The notes: generated from the letters alone by a model not told the origin. 64,000 bases of DNA from an uncultured Puniceicoccaceae bacterium (GCA_963933835.1 CAWVVV010000001.1:192001-256000); one strand, 5' to 3'; counted from the first letter of the stretch, positions 38,980 to 49,474 are shown. Numbers and translations: made by a program.

Positions 38980-39534
38980 ATGCCGTTCAGCCTCAGTATC
39001 GATGACACCTTAGACCTCCGCCTGCTCGGGCTGGAAGACGCCGCAAAAATGTCTGAGCTGATTCATGGCAACCGCGCCTTTCTTCGGCAATGGCTACCTT
39101 GGGTTGACGGGGAGCATCGCCCAAGCGACTCCGCGAAGGTGATCAATCTTTGGCGACAGAGCTACGCCAAAGGGAGTGGTTTTTCTCTAGGCATTATTTT
39201 TCAAAACGAACTAGTTGGCATCATCGGCTACCACGGTTTCGACCAAGTAAATCGCATTACCAGCATCGGCTACTGGCTGATCGAATCTGAGACGGGGAAG
39301 GGCATCATGACGCGATCTATTCGCACCCTTATGAACTACGCCATCGAAGAACGGAATATGAACCGTATTTTTGTGCGCTGCGCCACTGGGAACACCGCCA
39401 GTCGCGCTATCCCGGAGCGCCTCGGCTTCACCCACGAAGGCACCCAACGCGATGCCGAATGGCTCTACGACCACTACGTCAATCTCGAGCTCTATGCCAT
39501 CCTCGCCCACGAGTGGACAACGGAGCATAACTAA
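38980..39534 (+). CDS. RimJ/RimL-family GNAT acetyltransferase
   Basis: NRAFLRQWLPWV, IGYWL...GKGIMT and NTASRAIPERLGF. Confidence 0.9.
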   Translation: MPFSLSIDDTLDLRLLGLEDAAKMSELIHGNRAFLRQWLPWVDGEHRPSDSAKVINLWRQSYAKGSGFSLGIIFQNELVGIIGYHGFDQVNRITSIGYWLIESETGKGIMTRSIRTLMNYAIEERNMNRIFVRCATGNTASRAIPERLGFTHEGTQRDAEWLYDHYVNLELYAILAHEWTTEHN

Positions 39535-39539
39535 CTCTT

Positions 39540-40187
39540 ATGAACCCAATTAAAGAAATCAAACGCCAGACTTCGTCAGCCAACCTGCCTCAGGCCCTCA
39601 CCTGGGACGGCGCTCACTTCTGGATGGGCTCTCTCGACACCCAGTCAATTTACCAGCTCAACCCCGCGACATGGCAAGTGCTCTGCGAGACAAAAACACC
39701 CGGCTATCCATTCAGCCTCGTCTCGGTCGCGAACGAGCTCCGCGTCCTTACCGGTGAAACCTCCGAAGACGACCGCTACATTCGCCGTCTAGTTCCCGGC
39801 CAAGGCTTTGATCCCGATTTCAAAGTTGCCCTTCCCGAGCTCACCGGCTCCCAGCTCAGCTATGACGGCACAAGCATCTATGTTAGTCAGTGGTATAACC
39901 AGCAGGTCCTTCGCCTCGACGAAGAAGGCAATATCACACGGACCCTCAGCGTCCCTCACGGTATTAGCGGCCAAGTCATTCTCGGTGATGTCCTCTACCT
40001 CATCACGACCGACGACGAAGAAAACGGCGACTACTGGCTCACCCGCCTAAACCTCAAAGACGAAAACCCCGTCCCTGAAGACATCGCCCTCGTCCCCTTT
40101 CCTGCGCGTTCTCTCACCCACGACGGCACTCACTTCTGGACCCACCACCGCGCTGCAGGCGAAGCCGTGTGCTTCGAACTCACCTAA
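39540..40187 (+). CDS. Hypothetical beta-propeller-like protein
   Basis: Repeated L(T/S)(W/Y/H)DG-x2-(F/I)(W/Y) blades, resembling glutaminyl-cyclase-type propellers. Confidence 0.55.
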   Translation: MNPIKEIKRQTSSANLPQALTWDGAHFWMGSLDTQSIYQLNPATWQVLCETKTPGYPFSLVSVANELRVLTGETSEDDRYIRRLVPGQGFDPDFKVALPELTGSQLSYDGTSIYVSQWYNQQVLRLDEEGNITRTLSVPHGISGQVILGDVLYLITTDDEENGDYWLTRLNLKDENPVPEDIALVPFPARSLTHDGTHFWTHHRAAGEAVCFELT

Positions 40188-40262
40188 GAAAGATTGCCGA
40201 CACAGCACTGACAATACCGCTTGAGAAATCATCCGCGGTAGATCACATTGCACCTCAATTCT

Positions 40263-40940
40263 ATGTTTCGCACCTTTCGCAAATGGTTCTTTTCCGGCCT
40301 TCTCGTTGTCGCCCCGATTGGGGTTACGCTCTTCGTCATCATTTTCCTCATGGACAAGGTGGCGGTGCCCGCACGCAACCTGATGTTTCCTGGCGATCGA
40401 ATTTCCGAGCTGACGACTTACCAGCTCTGGGGGCTCAATATCTTCGCCTTCGCCACTGTCTTGAGCTTCGTGATGCTTTTGGGGTGGCTTTCACAGCTCG
40501 TTATCGGACGGTGGATAGTTCTTACTTTCGAGCGGATCGTCGGCACCGTCCCAGTCGTGCGCACGGTCTACAACACCGTAAAGCAGATCCGCGATACCTT
40601 TGTCCAACAGCAGAAGGCTGTCTTCCAAAAAACCGTCCTGCTCGAGTATCCGCGCAAAGGCGTTTGGGTTCTCGGATTTCTCACTGGGACTGGGCGTGGT
40701 GAAATCCAAGAAAAAACAGAAGCAGATCTGGTCAATATCTTCGTCCCAACGACGCCTAACCCGACAAGCGGCTTCCTCCTCATGGTGCCAATTGTAGATG
40801 TCAAATTCCTCGAAATGAGCGTTTCTGACGGAATGAAGCTGATCATCAGCGGAGGCGCAGTGGTCCCTTCATATCCACCAGAGAAAAAGCCGGAGCTACC
40901 AGAAAACGATGCGACCGAAGACGCCTCGCCGACTGATTGA
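40263..40940 (+). CDS. DUF502 membrane protein
   Basis: GLLVVAPIGVT, VYNTVKQI, LEYPRKG and FVPTTPNPTSGFL. Confidence 0.9.
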   Translation: MFRTFRKWFFSGLLVVAPIGVTLFVIIFLMDKVAVPARNLMFPGDRISELTTYQLWGLNIFAFATVLSFVMLLGWLSQLVIGRWIVLTFERIVGTVPVVRTVYNTVKQIRDTFVQQQKAVFQKTVLLEYPRKGVWVLGFLTGTGRGEIQEKTEADLVNIFVPTTPNPTSGFLLMVPIVDVKFLEMSVSDGMKLIISGGAVVPSYPPEKKPELPENDATEDASPTD

Positions 40941-41569
40941 TGTCGGAAGCGTCACAACTTCTCACTACGATCGTTCTCGCTCGTATCGAGCAAGGTGAAC
41001 GCTACTGGCGTTATCAGCTCTTTCACCCTGAAGAGGGCCCCGTCGAAGCACTCTTTCGGCGCTCAACCAAGAGTGCAGGACATGCCCCACCGGACCTTTT
41101 TCAGATCATCGCTGTCAGCCTCAACAAGGTGGGCAAGAGCAAGCTCCCATTCATCACTGAGTTCGCCCTAAAAGAAGACCATGCCGCCCTCGCGCACTCT
41201 TACCCTGCCCTCAAAGAGGCAACTAGTTTCACGCGGACGATCTGGAAAAATCTTCGCCACGCAGAGTTTTTTCCACCCCTCTACACTCTATGCATACAGG
41301 CTCTAGAAGCTTTCGAGTCCGGCATCTCCCCCGAGCTTGTCCATTTTAAAGCCCTCTACCGCCTCGCCCGCGAAGAAGGCTATCCAGTGAAGGAACAATG
41401 GTGGGCTCAGAAACCCGAAGATGAACGCGCAGCGATTGCCGATTTGATCCAGAAACCCGTAGCAGAAATCCAATTACAGGGAGAGCTACGAGCTTACCTC
41501 GATGATCTCAAACACTACCTCCATCATCAGACAGAGATCTTGATCCCTGACCTGATGCTCAATAAATAA
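40937..41569 (+). CDS. Divergent RecO-like protein
   Basis: N-terminal OB-like IVL...GE...F.PEEG and PDLF, followed by a helical domain ending in EGYP. Similarity is weak. Confidence 0.45.
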   Translation: MMSEASQLLTTIVLARIEQGERYWRYQLFHPEEGPVEALFRRSTKSAGHAPPDLFQIIAVSLNKVGKSKLPFITEFALKEDHAALAHSYPALKEATSFTRTIWKNLRHAEFFPPLYTLCIQALEAFESGISPELVHFKALYRLAREEGYPVKEQWWAQKPEDERAAIADLIQKPVAEIQLQGELRAYLDDLKHYLHHQTEILIPDLMLNK

Positions 41570-41571
41570 GC

Positions 41572-42462
41572 TCACTGCGGATAAAACACATCGACTCTGC
41601 GAAGATATCGAATCGTATCAACCGGATAGTTACCGGGAGCCAAGCCTGCTGTAAAATCCGGATCCGCTACAGTCAACGGATTCCACGCCGCGAGGCGGGT
41701 CCAGTTGAAAAGGTCTGTCGAGGAATAGAGCCAAGCCTGCGCTGAGGCTGGTCGATTCATGTGTATCAACGGGGTGCCATCCCCAGGGAAAGTGACGCGG
41801 ATTGAATCGGAATAAACCTCAGGAAGCGAGACGACTGACTCGTCCCACGCTAAAGCAGCTGCCCCAGATCGCACAATCTCGGCCGAGTTAATCACCGCAG
41901 CTTCCGGCGGGTTCACATCATCTGGACTCCGGCTCACCGAGCCAATCAAGCGCACTATTTCGATACCTTCAACAATTCTACCGAAAACCGTGTGTAAGTC
42001 ATCGAGTTCCGGTGTTGCACGCAGCGTAATGAAAAACTGACTCCCGTTGGTATTGACACCGCTATTTGCCATCGAAAGCACCCCTTCAGCTTCATGCGTC
42101 AATCCGTCGACAAACTCATCTGCAAAGCTGTAACCCGGCCCGTCTGTTCCTTGTCCGTTTGGAGAACCAGCCTGAATGACGAAGTTAGTCACAACACGGT
42201 GAAATGTAATCCCATCGTAGAACGGTGCCTGCGAAATTTCCCCCGTTAATTTATCAAAGTATGCTTTGGTTCCAGCTGCCAGGCCGACGAAATTTCCCAC
42301 CGTGATCGGCACTTGGTCGTAATCGAGTTCAACCGTAATCTCACCCGCCGAGGTATCGAAAACTGCGTAAATACCATCCTCCGTCAGAACAAAAGCCGAG
42401 GCCAGCGATGCTAGTCCTAGGATTATCAATCCGGAGTATAAGAGGTGTGAACGCATTGGCAT
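41572..42462 (-). CDS. Secreted cyclophilin-type peptidyl-prolyl isomerase
   Basis: Signal peptide, FYDGITFHRVV, GPGYSFADEF, LSMANSG.NTNGSQFFIT and HTVFG. Confidence 0.92.
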   Translation of the reverse strand: MPMRSHLLYSGLIILGLASLASAFVLTEDGIYAVFDTSAGEITVELDYDQVPITVGNFVGLAAGTKAYFDKLTGEISQAPFYDGITFHRVVTNFVIQAGSPNGQGTDGPGYSFADEFVDGLTHEAEGVLSMANSGVNTNGSQFFITLRATPELDDLHTVFGRIVEGIEIVRLIGSVSRSPDDVNPPEAAVINSAEIVRSGAAALAWDESVVSLPEVYSDSIRVTFPGDGTPLIHMNRPASAQAWLYSSTDLFNWTRLAAWNPLTVADPDFTAGLAPGNYPVDTIRYLRRVDVFYPQ

Positions 42463-42510
42463 AAGACGACGCTAAGATTCCAACAATGGCAAGTATGAGC
42501 CTCGGTAAAC

Positions 42511-42981
42511 CTATCCGATAGAGACGACTTTAACCCGAACCCCTGACGGCAGGGCAAACTCTGTGCCTGCGACTTTTCCTTTGAGTGTGTCAAAGAGCGG
42601 GCTCTGCGGGGTGAGGACCGTCACCTTTTCTTCCTCGATCTCGACCACCTCTCCGCCACCGACCGGAGCAATAAAGTAGCGGTCCATCTCACCTCCGAAG
42701 GACACCTGAATGAGCGCGCCAAATTCAACGATACGGAGCGGTTGGCCCAACACATCCCGTTCCGCATGCAGTCGCTGCAAGGCCACCGCCGTTTCTTTGG
42801 CCTGAGTCGCCTGTCCCGCCGCGAGGTAAGACGCCTCCAGCCCTTGCGTATCCCACTTCGAATCGGCTTTCGACTCAGCATCAGTTGCGTAACTCGCCGC
42901 GTCCAACGAGGCTTGGCGTGATGCTTCTACCCGCTTTTCAAGCTGGGCAATGAGAGCAGCGATGACGGCGGCTTTTCCCAT
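42511..42981 (-). CDS. GreA/GreB-family protein
   Basis: ESKADSKWDTQGLEASYLA coiled coil and TPQSPL...LKGK..G C-terminal domain. Confidence 0.8.
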   Translation of the reverse strand: MGKAAVIAALIAQLEKRVEASRQASLDAASYATDAESKADSKWDTQGLEASYLAAGQATQAKETAVALQRLHAERDVLGQPLRIVEFGALIQVSFGGEMDRYFIAPVGGGEVVEIEEEKVTVLTPQSPLFDTLKGKVAGTEFALPSGVRVKVVSIG

Positions 42982-43093
42982 TTCCTGATTAGATCTCAAG
43001 TGTTGAGAGCAGCGCAAGACTGGAGATTGCATCCATCGATGCTCGATTTGCTTGCCATCGCTGAAAATTCTCACCTCTTTATCTCACCTTACC

Positions 43094-43183
43094 GGACAGA
43101 TGACAGAGTGGCCGAATGTGCCTGACTCGAAATCAGGTGTACCCGCAAGGGTACCGGGGGTTCGACTCCCTCTCTGTCCGCCA
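43094..43183 (+). tRNA. tRNA-Ser(CGA)
   Basis: Acceptor GGACAGA/TCTGTCC, anticodon arm CCTGA-CTCGAAA-TCAGG, long variable arm GTACCC-gcaa-GGGTAC, encoded CCA. Confidence 0.96.
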
Positions 43184-43299
43184 TTCGACGCTCTCCGCTC
43201 CGCGTCCTTTGCTCATGGCAGGCCAAGAAGATTCGAACATCATTCATTCTCGCGGAGAAATTGTCTTTAACTAGCGGGGTGAGTCTCTAAACCGCCTTT

Positions 43300-44733
43300 A
43301 TGTCGTCGGAACGAGAAAATCTGTGGTCGCAACCGGGCGGCTTCAAGCAACTCATCATTGTAGCTTTCCCACTCATTCTGAGCATGGGTTCGATCTCGGT
43401 GCTGCTCTTCGTCGACCGGATGTTTCTCAGCTGGTATTCTGCGGACGCGATCGCGGCAGCGGTTCCTGCAGGCATTTTGAATTTCGCCTTCATCTGCTTC
43501 TTTCTCGGGCTCGCAACCTATACATCTACTTTTGTTGCTCAATATACCGGAGCCAATCGACCCGATAAGGTCGGTCCATCGCTTTGGAACGGAATCTATA
43601 TCGCTCTGATCGGCGGAGCATTGATCCCCCTTATCTCGCCCTTCACGGAAGAGATTTTCGCATTCATCGGGCATCCGCCGGAAGTCCAGAAGCTACAGGC
43701 TCCGTACCTCCGCATTCTAAATTTCGCGGGGGTCTTTTTCCTCTGCAACGCCACGATGAGTTGCTTCTACTCCGGTCGAGGCAAGTCGTGGACAATTGTC
43801 TGGGTGAACATCACCCTCACGCTCCTCAATGCGCTCTTGGACTACGCCTTCATCTTTGGGCATTGGGGCTTTCCGGAGATGGGTATCCAAGGTGCCGGGC
43901 TGGCTACGATTTTGTCTTCGGCAACGATCACGCTCCTCTATGCCAGCCTCATTTTTTCCAAAAAGTACAACAAGCGATACCACACCCGCAGTGGATGGCG
44001 CTTTAAGAAAGACCTCTTTACTCGGTTCATCCGATTTGGCGCACCTTCAGGCGTTCACTTCTTTCTCGATGTGAGTGGCTTCACTGTCTTCATCCTCCTC
44101 ACAGGCCGCATTGGCTACTACGAACTCACGGCGAGTAATATCATCCTTCAAGTCAATCTCATCGGCTTCCTACCTCTTGTTGGGCTCGGCGTAGCGACCA
44201 CTATTCTCGTCGGACAATTCCAAGGCGCCGGCAATAGCAAGCTCGCCCGGCGGGCCACTTGGAATGCCGTCAAACTCGCAGCCATTTACTCAACGTGCGT
44301 TGCAACCCTCTATATCACGATCCCCGAGCTACTCGTCGCGCCCTTCCTCATTAATACGGATATCGAAGATATCGAGCTCCTGCGCTCGCTCATCTTCATG
44401 CTTTTCTACTTTCTGGTTTTTTTCACCCTTTTCGACTCACTGGCCATCATCTGTGCATCCGCCCTGAAGGGTGCGGGTGACACTCGATTTGTCATGGCAA
44501 CACTCGGGGTTTCCTCCCTCTTCGTTCTCGTCATACCGGTTTACCTCGTCGTTGAGGTTTTCCACCTTCCCTTCGCCTACGCGTGGGGATGCGCGCTCGG
44601 GAACTATTTGTGTATCTCGCTAAGCTTTGCTCTCCGTTTCCGCAGCAGCCGCTGGGAAAGCATCGAAGTGATCGAGCGCGTAGAAACGATCCCGTCAGAA
44701 GGCCAGCCGGTCGCTTCAGAAACACTCTATTAA
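43300..44733 (+). CDS. MATE-family efflux transporter
   Basis: About 12 TMs, FVDRMFLS, GFPEMGIQGAGLAT and ALKGAGDTRF. Confidence 0.92.
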   Translation: MSSERENLWSQPGGFKQLIIVAFPLILSMGSISVLLFVDRMFLSWYSADAIAAAVPAGILNFAFICFFLGLATYTSTFVAQYTGANRPDKVGPSLWNGIYIALIGGALIPLISPFTEEIFAFIGHPPEVQKLQAPYLRILNFAGVFFLCNATMSCFYSGRGKSWTIVWVNITLTLLNALLDYAFIFGHWGFPEMGIQGAGLATILSSATITLLYASLIFSKKYNKRYHTRSGWRFKKDLFTRFIRFGAPSGVHFFLDVSGFTVFILLTGRIGYYELTASNIILQVNLIGFLPLVGLGVATTILVGQFQGAGNSKLARRATWNAVKLAAIYSTCVATLYITIPELLVAPFLINTDIEDIELLRSLIFMLFYFLVFFTLFDSLAIICASALKGAGDTRFVMATLGVSSLFVLVIPVYLVVEVFHLPFAYAWGCALGNYLCISLSFALRFRSSRWESIEVIERVETIPSEGQPVASETLY

Positions 44734-44755
44734 ACTAGAGGCGTTTCGTCTTCGT

Positions 44756-47419
44756 CTAGCCTGTCGTCCGCAGTCCGCTCGCAATCGCGTTAAGGACGAG
44801 CAGTAGGCGTTCAACCGTTGCGGAATCAGGCTCTTCAGACTTTCGCAATTCTCGGAGAAGCTCGATTTGTGCGCCATGCAGCCTCCGGAGAGCGGGCTCA
44901 CGATCTTGGAGCGTTTTCCAGAAGCGAGGGCGCCGCTGCGTCATCTCTGCACCAAAGAGGCGGGAAAGGCCGACCGAAACGCGCTCATGCTCACTGAAGA
45001 TCGTATCCATAAACCAGCTACGCAATCCTTCCTCTTGGACAAGTGAGCCATACGCGCTCATCCATTCTTTGTCAGAGCTACTGAGACTACTCTCCACATT
45101 GTAGAAGAAGTAGCGCAGAAATGGCTTCGCATTGATATTGTCACGCAAGTAGGCGAAATCGTCTGGAGAATCTTGATACAGCTCTTCTAGTGCCTTACCG
45201 ACGCCGAACCACCCAGTGATGTAGAATCGGGATTGGTTCCAACTAAAGACCCATGGAATCGCGCGAAGATCATCCAGCGTTGCCTGGCCTGTGCGGCGAG
45301 AAGGCCGCGAACCAATCCGGCTGAGCTCGATCGCATCAATCGGCGTTGCCTGACGATAAAAGGTCATAAACCCATCGGCCTCAATCAAGCTCCGATAGTG
45401 CTTCTGAGAGGCTGCCGAGAGGCGATCTAGCGTATCAGCTAGTCGTGGGTCAAATGTCCGACCATCACTCAGCATACTCGCACCGAAGGTACTGGCGACG
45501 AGTGACTCCAGATTTGCGGCAGCGGTTTCGCTCGTGTTGTATTTCTGGCCGATGACTTCCCCTTGCTCGGTCGTGCGAAGCCCTCCGGCGAGGGCACGCT
45601 TCGGAAGCGCTTCAAGGAAACGGTGCGTAGGGCCCGCTCCCCGCCCGATAGTGCCACCACGGCCGTGAAAGAACTGAATCGCCACACTGTTTGCCTCGCC
45701 AATCTCGAGGAGCTCGCGCTGAGCAGATTGCAGCACCCATTGGCTTGAAAGAATGCCCGTGTCCTTATTGCTATCACTGTAGCCGAGCATGATCGTTAAG
45801 CGAGAACCGCCCTTACGATCAGACTCAAGACTTCGACGCGTCACCTCGTGTTTAAGAAACTGGTCAGTGATGCCCGGCGCACGCTTGAGATCATCATAGG
45901 TCTCATAGAGAGGGGCCACTGGTAGCTTACAGCGAAGGCCTGTGCCATCATCCACGCAAAGCCCGACTTCCTTGCAAAGAACGTAGACCGTCAGCAGGTC
46001 CACGAGGTTGCGTGTCATGCTCACAATCAAAACGCCGACGCCATCGGTGCCAAACTTCTCGATATGCTCAGCAACCACTTTAAAGCAGTCTCGGACCGCG
46101 GTCGCTTCTGGCGGCAAGGCGGTCGCACCTAGAGTAAGCGGGCGCGAACTGCGCAGCTCCTTGTTGATGAAAGTGAGTTTCTCTTCAGTACTCCACTTTC
46201 CAAAGTTGGCTGCATCTTCGATCCCAGCCTTCACCATCATCTGCGAGAGAGCCTTCTCGTAGTAGTCGCTGTTCTGGCGAATATCGACCCGTGCGAGGTG
46301 AAAGCCCATGCAATGGATCAAGCGAATGAGTGGGCGCAGCTGGATCTTGGCGAAGTGCTGAGCGCCGGCGTCTGTGAGCCATTGTTCAAGCTGTTTAAGC
46401 CGATCGAGAGTCTCAGATGAAGGCGATTTTCCGAGCGCTCCAGCAATGCTCCGAATATAGGTCTGCCACGGCGACTTTTCACTGACGTCACCAAAGCCCA
46501 ACTTGCGCAGTGCTTGGATTAAGGCTTCCGGCGCAGGTGTCTGCAAAGGAGCAAAATCGAGACGTTTCGCAATCAATTGGATGCGATCGCTCACGACACG
46601 GAGAGCCTCACTGCGCAGCCGCAGGAGCGTTTTCCGTGTAATGTCGGCGGTCACCAGTGGGTGGCCATCACGATCTCCGCCCACCCACGAACCGAAGCGC
46701 AGGAGGGGAAACTCATCGGTACTCAAAGGCTCACTGTCGGGCCATGTTTGCTCCCAAGCGTATGAAAGTCGTTCGTCGATCTCTGCCTGCGTTTCAGGGA
46801 GAATTTCAGTTAAGTAATACAGCAGGTTGTTGAACTCATCGTCGATTTTTGGCTTCCGAGCAAAAACCTCACCGGTCAGCCAAAGGCGCTCGAGCAGTTC
46901 TCGAAAGGTCGTTGTGTTCAGGTCGATTTCGTATCCGCTGTGACACGATTCACGTTCTCTCAAGGCATCAACGATTTCACGGTGAATGCGCAAAACAGAC
47001 CAACGTTTCGCCTCTGTCGGGTGTTTTGTGAAGACTGCCTCGACCGAAAGATCCGCAATCGAGCGACGAAGAACTTCCGGGTCGTGCCCATCGTCTTTCA
47101 GCTGCGCGAGGTAGCTCATCCAGTGCCCCTTGTTCACAACTCCGCCCAGTTTTGATTCGCGCTGAACGCGCATCCGGTTGGCCACGTGCTCTTCAGCGAG
47201 ATTCAGAAGCTGAAAGTAGTAGGACAGCGCCTGAATACTCTCACTTTCTAGCTCTTCGGTGTCCAACTGAGTCGTTGGCGATAGCGTGCGGATGAGAGAC
47301 GCAGCCTCTTTCTCTCCGAGGCGGTCGAGAAGGTCGACAAACAGATGCGTCAACAGGCCATGGGTCGACTCGACGTCTTTGAGGCCAGCCTCGATCAAGT
47401 CAATGTAAGCGGTTTTCAT
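44756..47419 (-). CDS. ppc: Phosphoenolpyruvate carboxylase
   Basis: VFTKHPTE, GSWVGGDRDGHP, MLGYSDSNKD, FHGRGGTIGRG, LRAIPWVF and GLRTTG. Confidence 0.96.
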   Translation of the reverse strand: MKTAYIDLIEAGLKDVESTHGLLTHLFVDLLDRLGEKEAASLIRTLSPTTQLDTEELESESIQALSYYFQLLNLAEEHVANRMRVQRESKLGGVVNKGHWMSYLAQLKDDGHDPEVLRRSIADLSVEAVFTKHPTEAKRWSVLRIHREIVDALRERESCHSGYEIDLNTTTFRELLERLWLTGEVFARKPKIDDEFNNLLYYLTEILPETQAEIDERLSYAWEQTWPDSEPLSTDEFPLLRFGSWVGGDRDGHPLVTADITRKTLLRLRSEALRVVSDRIQLIAKRLDFAPLQTPAPEALIQALRKLGFGDVSEKSPWQTYIRSIAGALGKSPSSETLDRLKQLEQWLTDAGAQHFAKIQLRPLIRLIHCMGFHLARVDIRQNSDYYEKALSQMMVKAGIEDAANFGKWSTEEKLTFINKELRSSRPLTLGATALPPEATAVRDCFKVVAEHIEKFGTDGVGVLIVSMTRNLVDLLTVYVLCKEVGLCVDDGTGLRCKLPVAPLYETYDDLKRAPGITDQFLKHEVTRRSLESDRKGGSRLTIMLGYSDSNKDTGILSSQWVLQSAQRELLEIGEANSVAIQFFHGRGGTIGRGAGPTHRFLEALPKRALAGGLRTTEQGEVIGQKYNTSETAAANLESLVASTFGASMLSDGRTFDPRLADTLDRLSAASQKHYRSLIEADGFMTFYRQATPIDAIELSRIGSRPSRRTGQATLDDLRAIPWVFSWNQSRFYITGWFGVGKALEELYQDSPDDFAYLRDNINAKPFLRYFFYNVESSLSSSDKEWMSAYGSLVQEEGLRSWFMDTIFSEHERVSVGLSRLFGAEMTQRRPRFWKTLQDREPALRRLHGAQIELLRELRKSEEPDSATVERLLLVLNAIASGLRTTG

Positions 47420-47556
47420 AGTGTGAGCGTCTTAAGTATAAATAATCAGACTGAGTCCAAATAACAGAGGAAGCCAATCACTGGATTGAAAGGAAAGGCA
47501 ATACCGAGAGAAGTGCTCGTGATTCCATCGAACAGCTCGCTATTTGAAAACACGCC

Positions 47557-48004
47557 CTGAGCCCCTTCGACAGGCGTATCCCTCTCGTTATTATAGGCGG
47601 CTTCCTCGGGGGCGGGCAAAACAACAGTTCTGAATCATCTACTGCAAACGGCAAAGGGCCGACGCCTAGCGGTCCTCGTTAATGACGTGGGAGAAGTCAA
47701 TATTGACGCCACTTTGATCCAGGACGTGGCTCAAGTCGATTCGAAAGGGACCAACAATGTCGTAGAGCTTAGCAACTCGGAGCAACCCTTGCGGGAAGTG
47801 GCCATCGCGGTCGGCATTACGGAGCGTGCCGTGCAGCGCATCATTTCAGAGCTCGAATCAGCGGGCTATCTTGAGCGCAAAAAGATTGGCCGGCAGAATT
47901 CATACACTCTGCACACAGACATAAAACTCCGACATTCCCTTGAAGAGCATACCACGATCGGAGAAATTCTCGACGTCGTCGTCGATCAAGAGCCTTCGAA
48001 GTAA
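47557..48004 (+). pseudogene. Chimeric remnant: CobW/COG0523 GTPase N-terminus fused to a winged-HTH regulator C-terminus
   Basis: IPLVIIGGFLG/AGKTTVLNHLL...AVLVNDVGEVNID...VELSN (extra G at 47608-47612, no start codon), then an abrupt switch to LREVAIAVGITERAVQRIISELE...LRHSLE. Confidence 0.82.
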
Positions 48005-48036
48005 GGACCAAGGGCGATTCTAAGCCGCCGCAGGGC

Positions 48037-49392
48037 TTACATACTACCCGTCGGCTTCTCTAAGAGCGGGAACATAGCGCCCTTCCGGAAGATAGTTACT
48101 TGGCCCGAGCTAGCGCTCAGTAGAATCGCTACACAGTCAGCCGCGAGCGAGACCGAGGCCGCTGCAGAGTGCCGAGCGCCAAACCCGCTAGGAAGCTCTT
48201 GATGGAATTCCAACGGAGCGTGGATCAAGCTTCCAGCTGATTCCATCACCCCATCACCTCGGATAATAAAGCAACCATCCATCTGGGAAAACTCCTTGAT
48301 CGTCTCATCCATGAATGGATTCAGGATGTTGCGATCCTCCTCCTTGTATCCGAAAAATGGATTCATCACGAGCGGCTTGGACATCCCAATCACATTCTCT
48401 GAGTCGCCAAGGACGAACAATGTGCCGATCGCGTGGCCTTCACGTCCTTCGATCGATAGCTCTGTCGCGATCGCGATGATGCGCTCCATGACCTCCACCT
48501 TCACCGAAGTCGGCAAGAGGTGATTCCCTTTATCGATCACTTTCTGAAACTCGCGCTCGATATCAATGACCATGAGCGTATCGAGAAGATTGCTTCCAGG
48601 CAGGCCTCCTACACAGCAGATGCGGTCGGAGTATTTAAACAGTCCACGCGTAAGCCCGATGAGAATCGCGCTACGGGTCTGAGAAAGGCGCGCCGCAGAA
48701 TAAGATCGAACTTCGATCACACCCTCAACCTGCCGGCCTTCGATACGGCGATCTCCGCCACGTGTGACGACGATCGTTCGGTGCTTCGGAAAAGTCTCGG
48801 TCATCTCGACCCCGCTGGCAAAGGTATCGCTAAATATGACGACAGCGGCGGCACCGGTGTCTTGAGCTACCTTTTCAGCTTCTTTGATGAAAAGTCGGTT
48901 AAGCCGACTCTGGCCGCGCTCTGGTTTTGCCAGTTGGGCACCAAAACCCATCAGCACACGGTCTTTAAATTTCTCTGTATTTTCCGCTTCGAAGATCTGT
49001 TGAACCAGATCGCGATCCCTAAAGAGGCGCGCGAGCGAAGCGAGGGCGTTCAGATAGTTGCTTTCTTTGTCCGAAGCGAGGAGGAGGAAAATCAGCCGTG
49101 ATTCCTCATAGTCATTAACCGTGTCATGGGTCAGACCCGTCTTCGTGCGTCCCACCGCAAAGATGTAGCGCCGCTTCATCTTGATACGCATGTGCGGCAT
49201 GCCGACACCATCGCCCAGATAGGTCGCCATCGTCGTCTCGCGATTCAGGAGAGCGCGAGAGATTTTCTTAGCGCTCAAGGTGCCAGGCATCCGCTTAAGG
49301 GCAACCTGAACGAGTTCCTCAAGAGCTCCTGAAAGGTCGGAGCTCTCTAACTCAATAATTCTTGAACGAGCAATGAAGCGGTCTAATCGCAT
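48037..49392 (-). CDS. Diadenylate cyclase (DisA_N, CdaZ/DacZ-like) with N-terminal PTS EIIA domain
   Basis: RE...TYLGDGVGMPH (EIIA phospho-His), EGREGHAIGTLFVLGD, IKEFSQMDGCFII and GFGARHSAAA. Confidence 0.85.
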   Translation of the reverse strand: MRLDRFIARSRIIELESSDLSGALEELVQVALKRMPGTLSAKKISRALLNRETTMATYLGDGVGMPHMRIKMKRRYIFAVGRTKTGLTHDTVNDYEESRLIFLLLASDKESNYLNALASLARLFRDRDLVQQIFEAENTEKFKDRVLMGFGAQLAKPERGQSRLNRLFIKEAEKVAQDTGAAAVVIFSDTFASGVEMTETFPKHRTIVVTRGGDRRIEGRQVEGVIEVRSYSAARLSQTRSAILIGLTRGLFKYSDRICCVGGLPGSNLLDTLMVIDIEREFQKVIDKGNHLLPTSVKVEVMERIIAIATELSIEGREGHAIGTLFVLGDSENVIGMSKPLVMNPFFGYKEEDRNILNPFMDETIKEFSQMDGCFIIRGDGVMESAGSLIHAPLEFHQELPSGFGARHSAAASVSLAADCVAILLSASSGQVTIFRKGAMFPLLEKPTGSM

Positions 49393-49474
49393 CCGGGGTA
49401 AAGATGAAAAGAAACACTGCCCACGATTCGGTCAAACCGAATTGTGCCCAGATGCACAGAAAAATTACGCTAGC

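Noticed and set aside
43184..43226. REP-like sequence after tRNA-Ser (TTCGACGCTCTCCGCTCGCG...GCTCATGGCAGGCC)
   Set aside because: It resembles dispersed repeats I associate with this lineage, but it is single-copy here and cannot be supported from the window alone.
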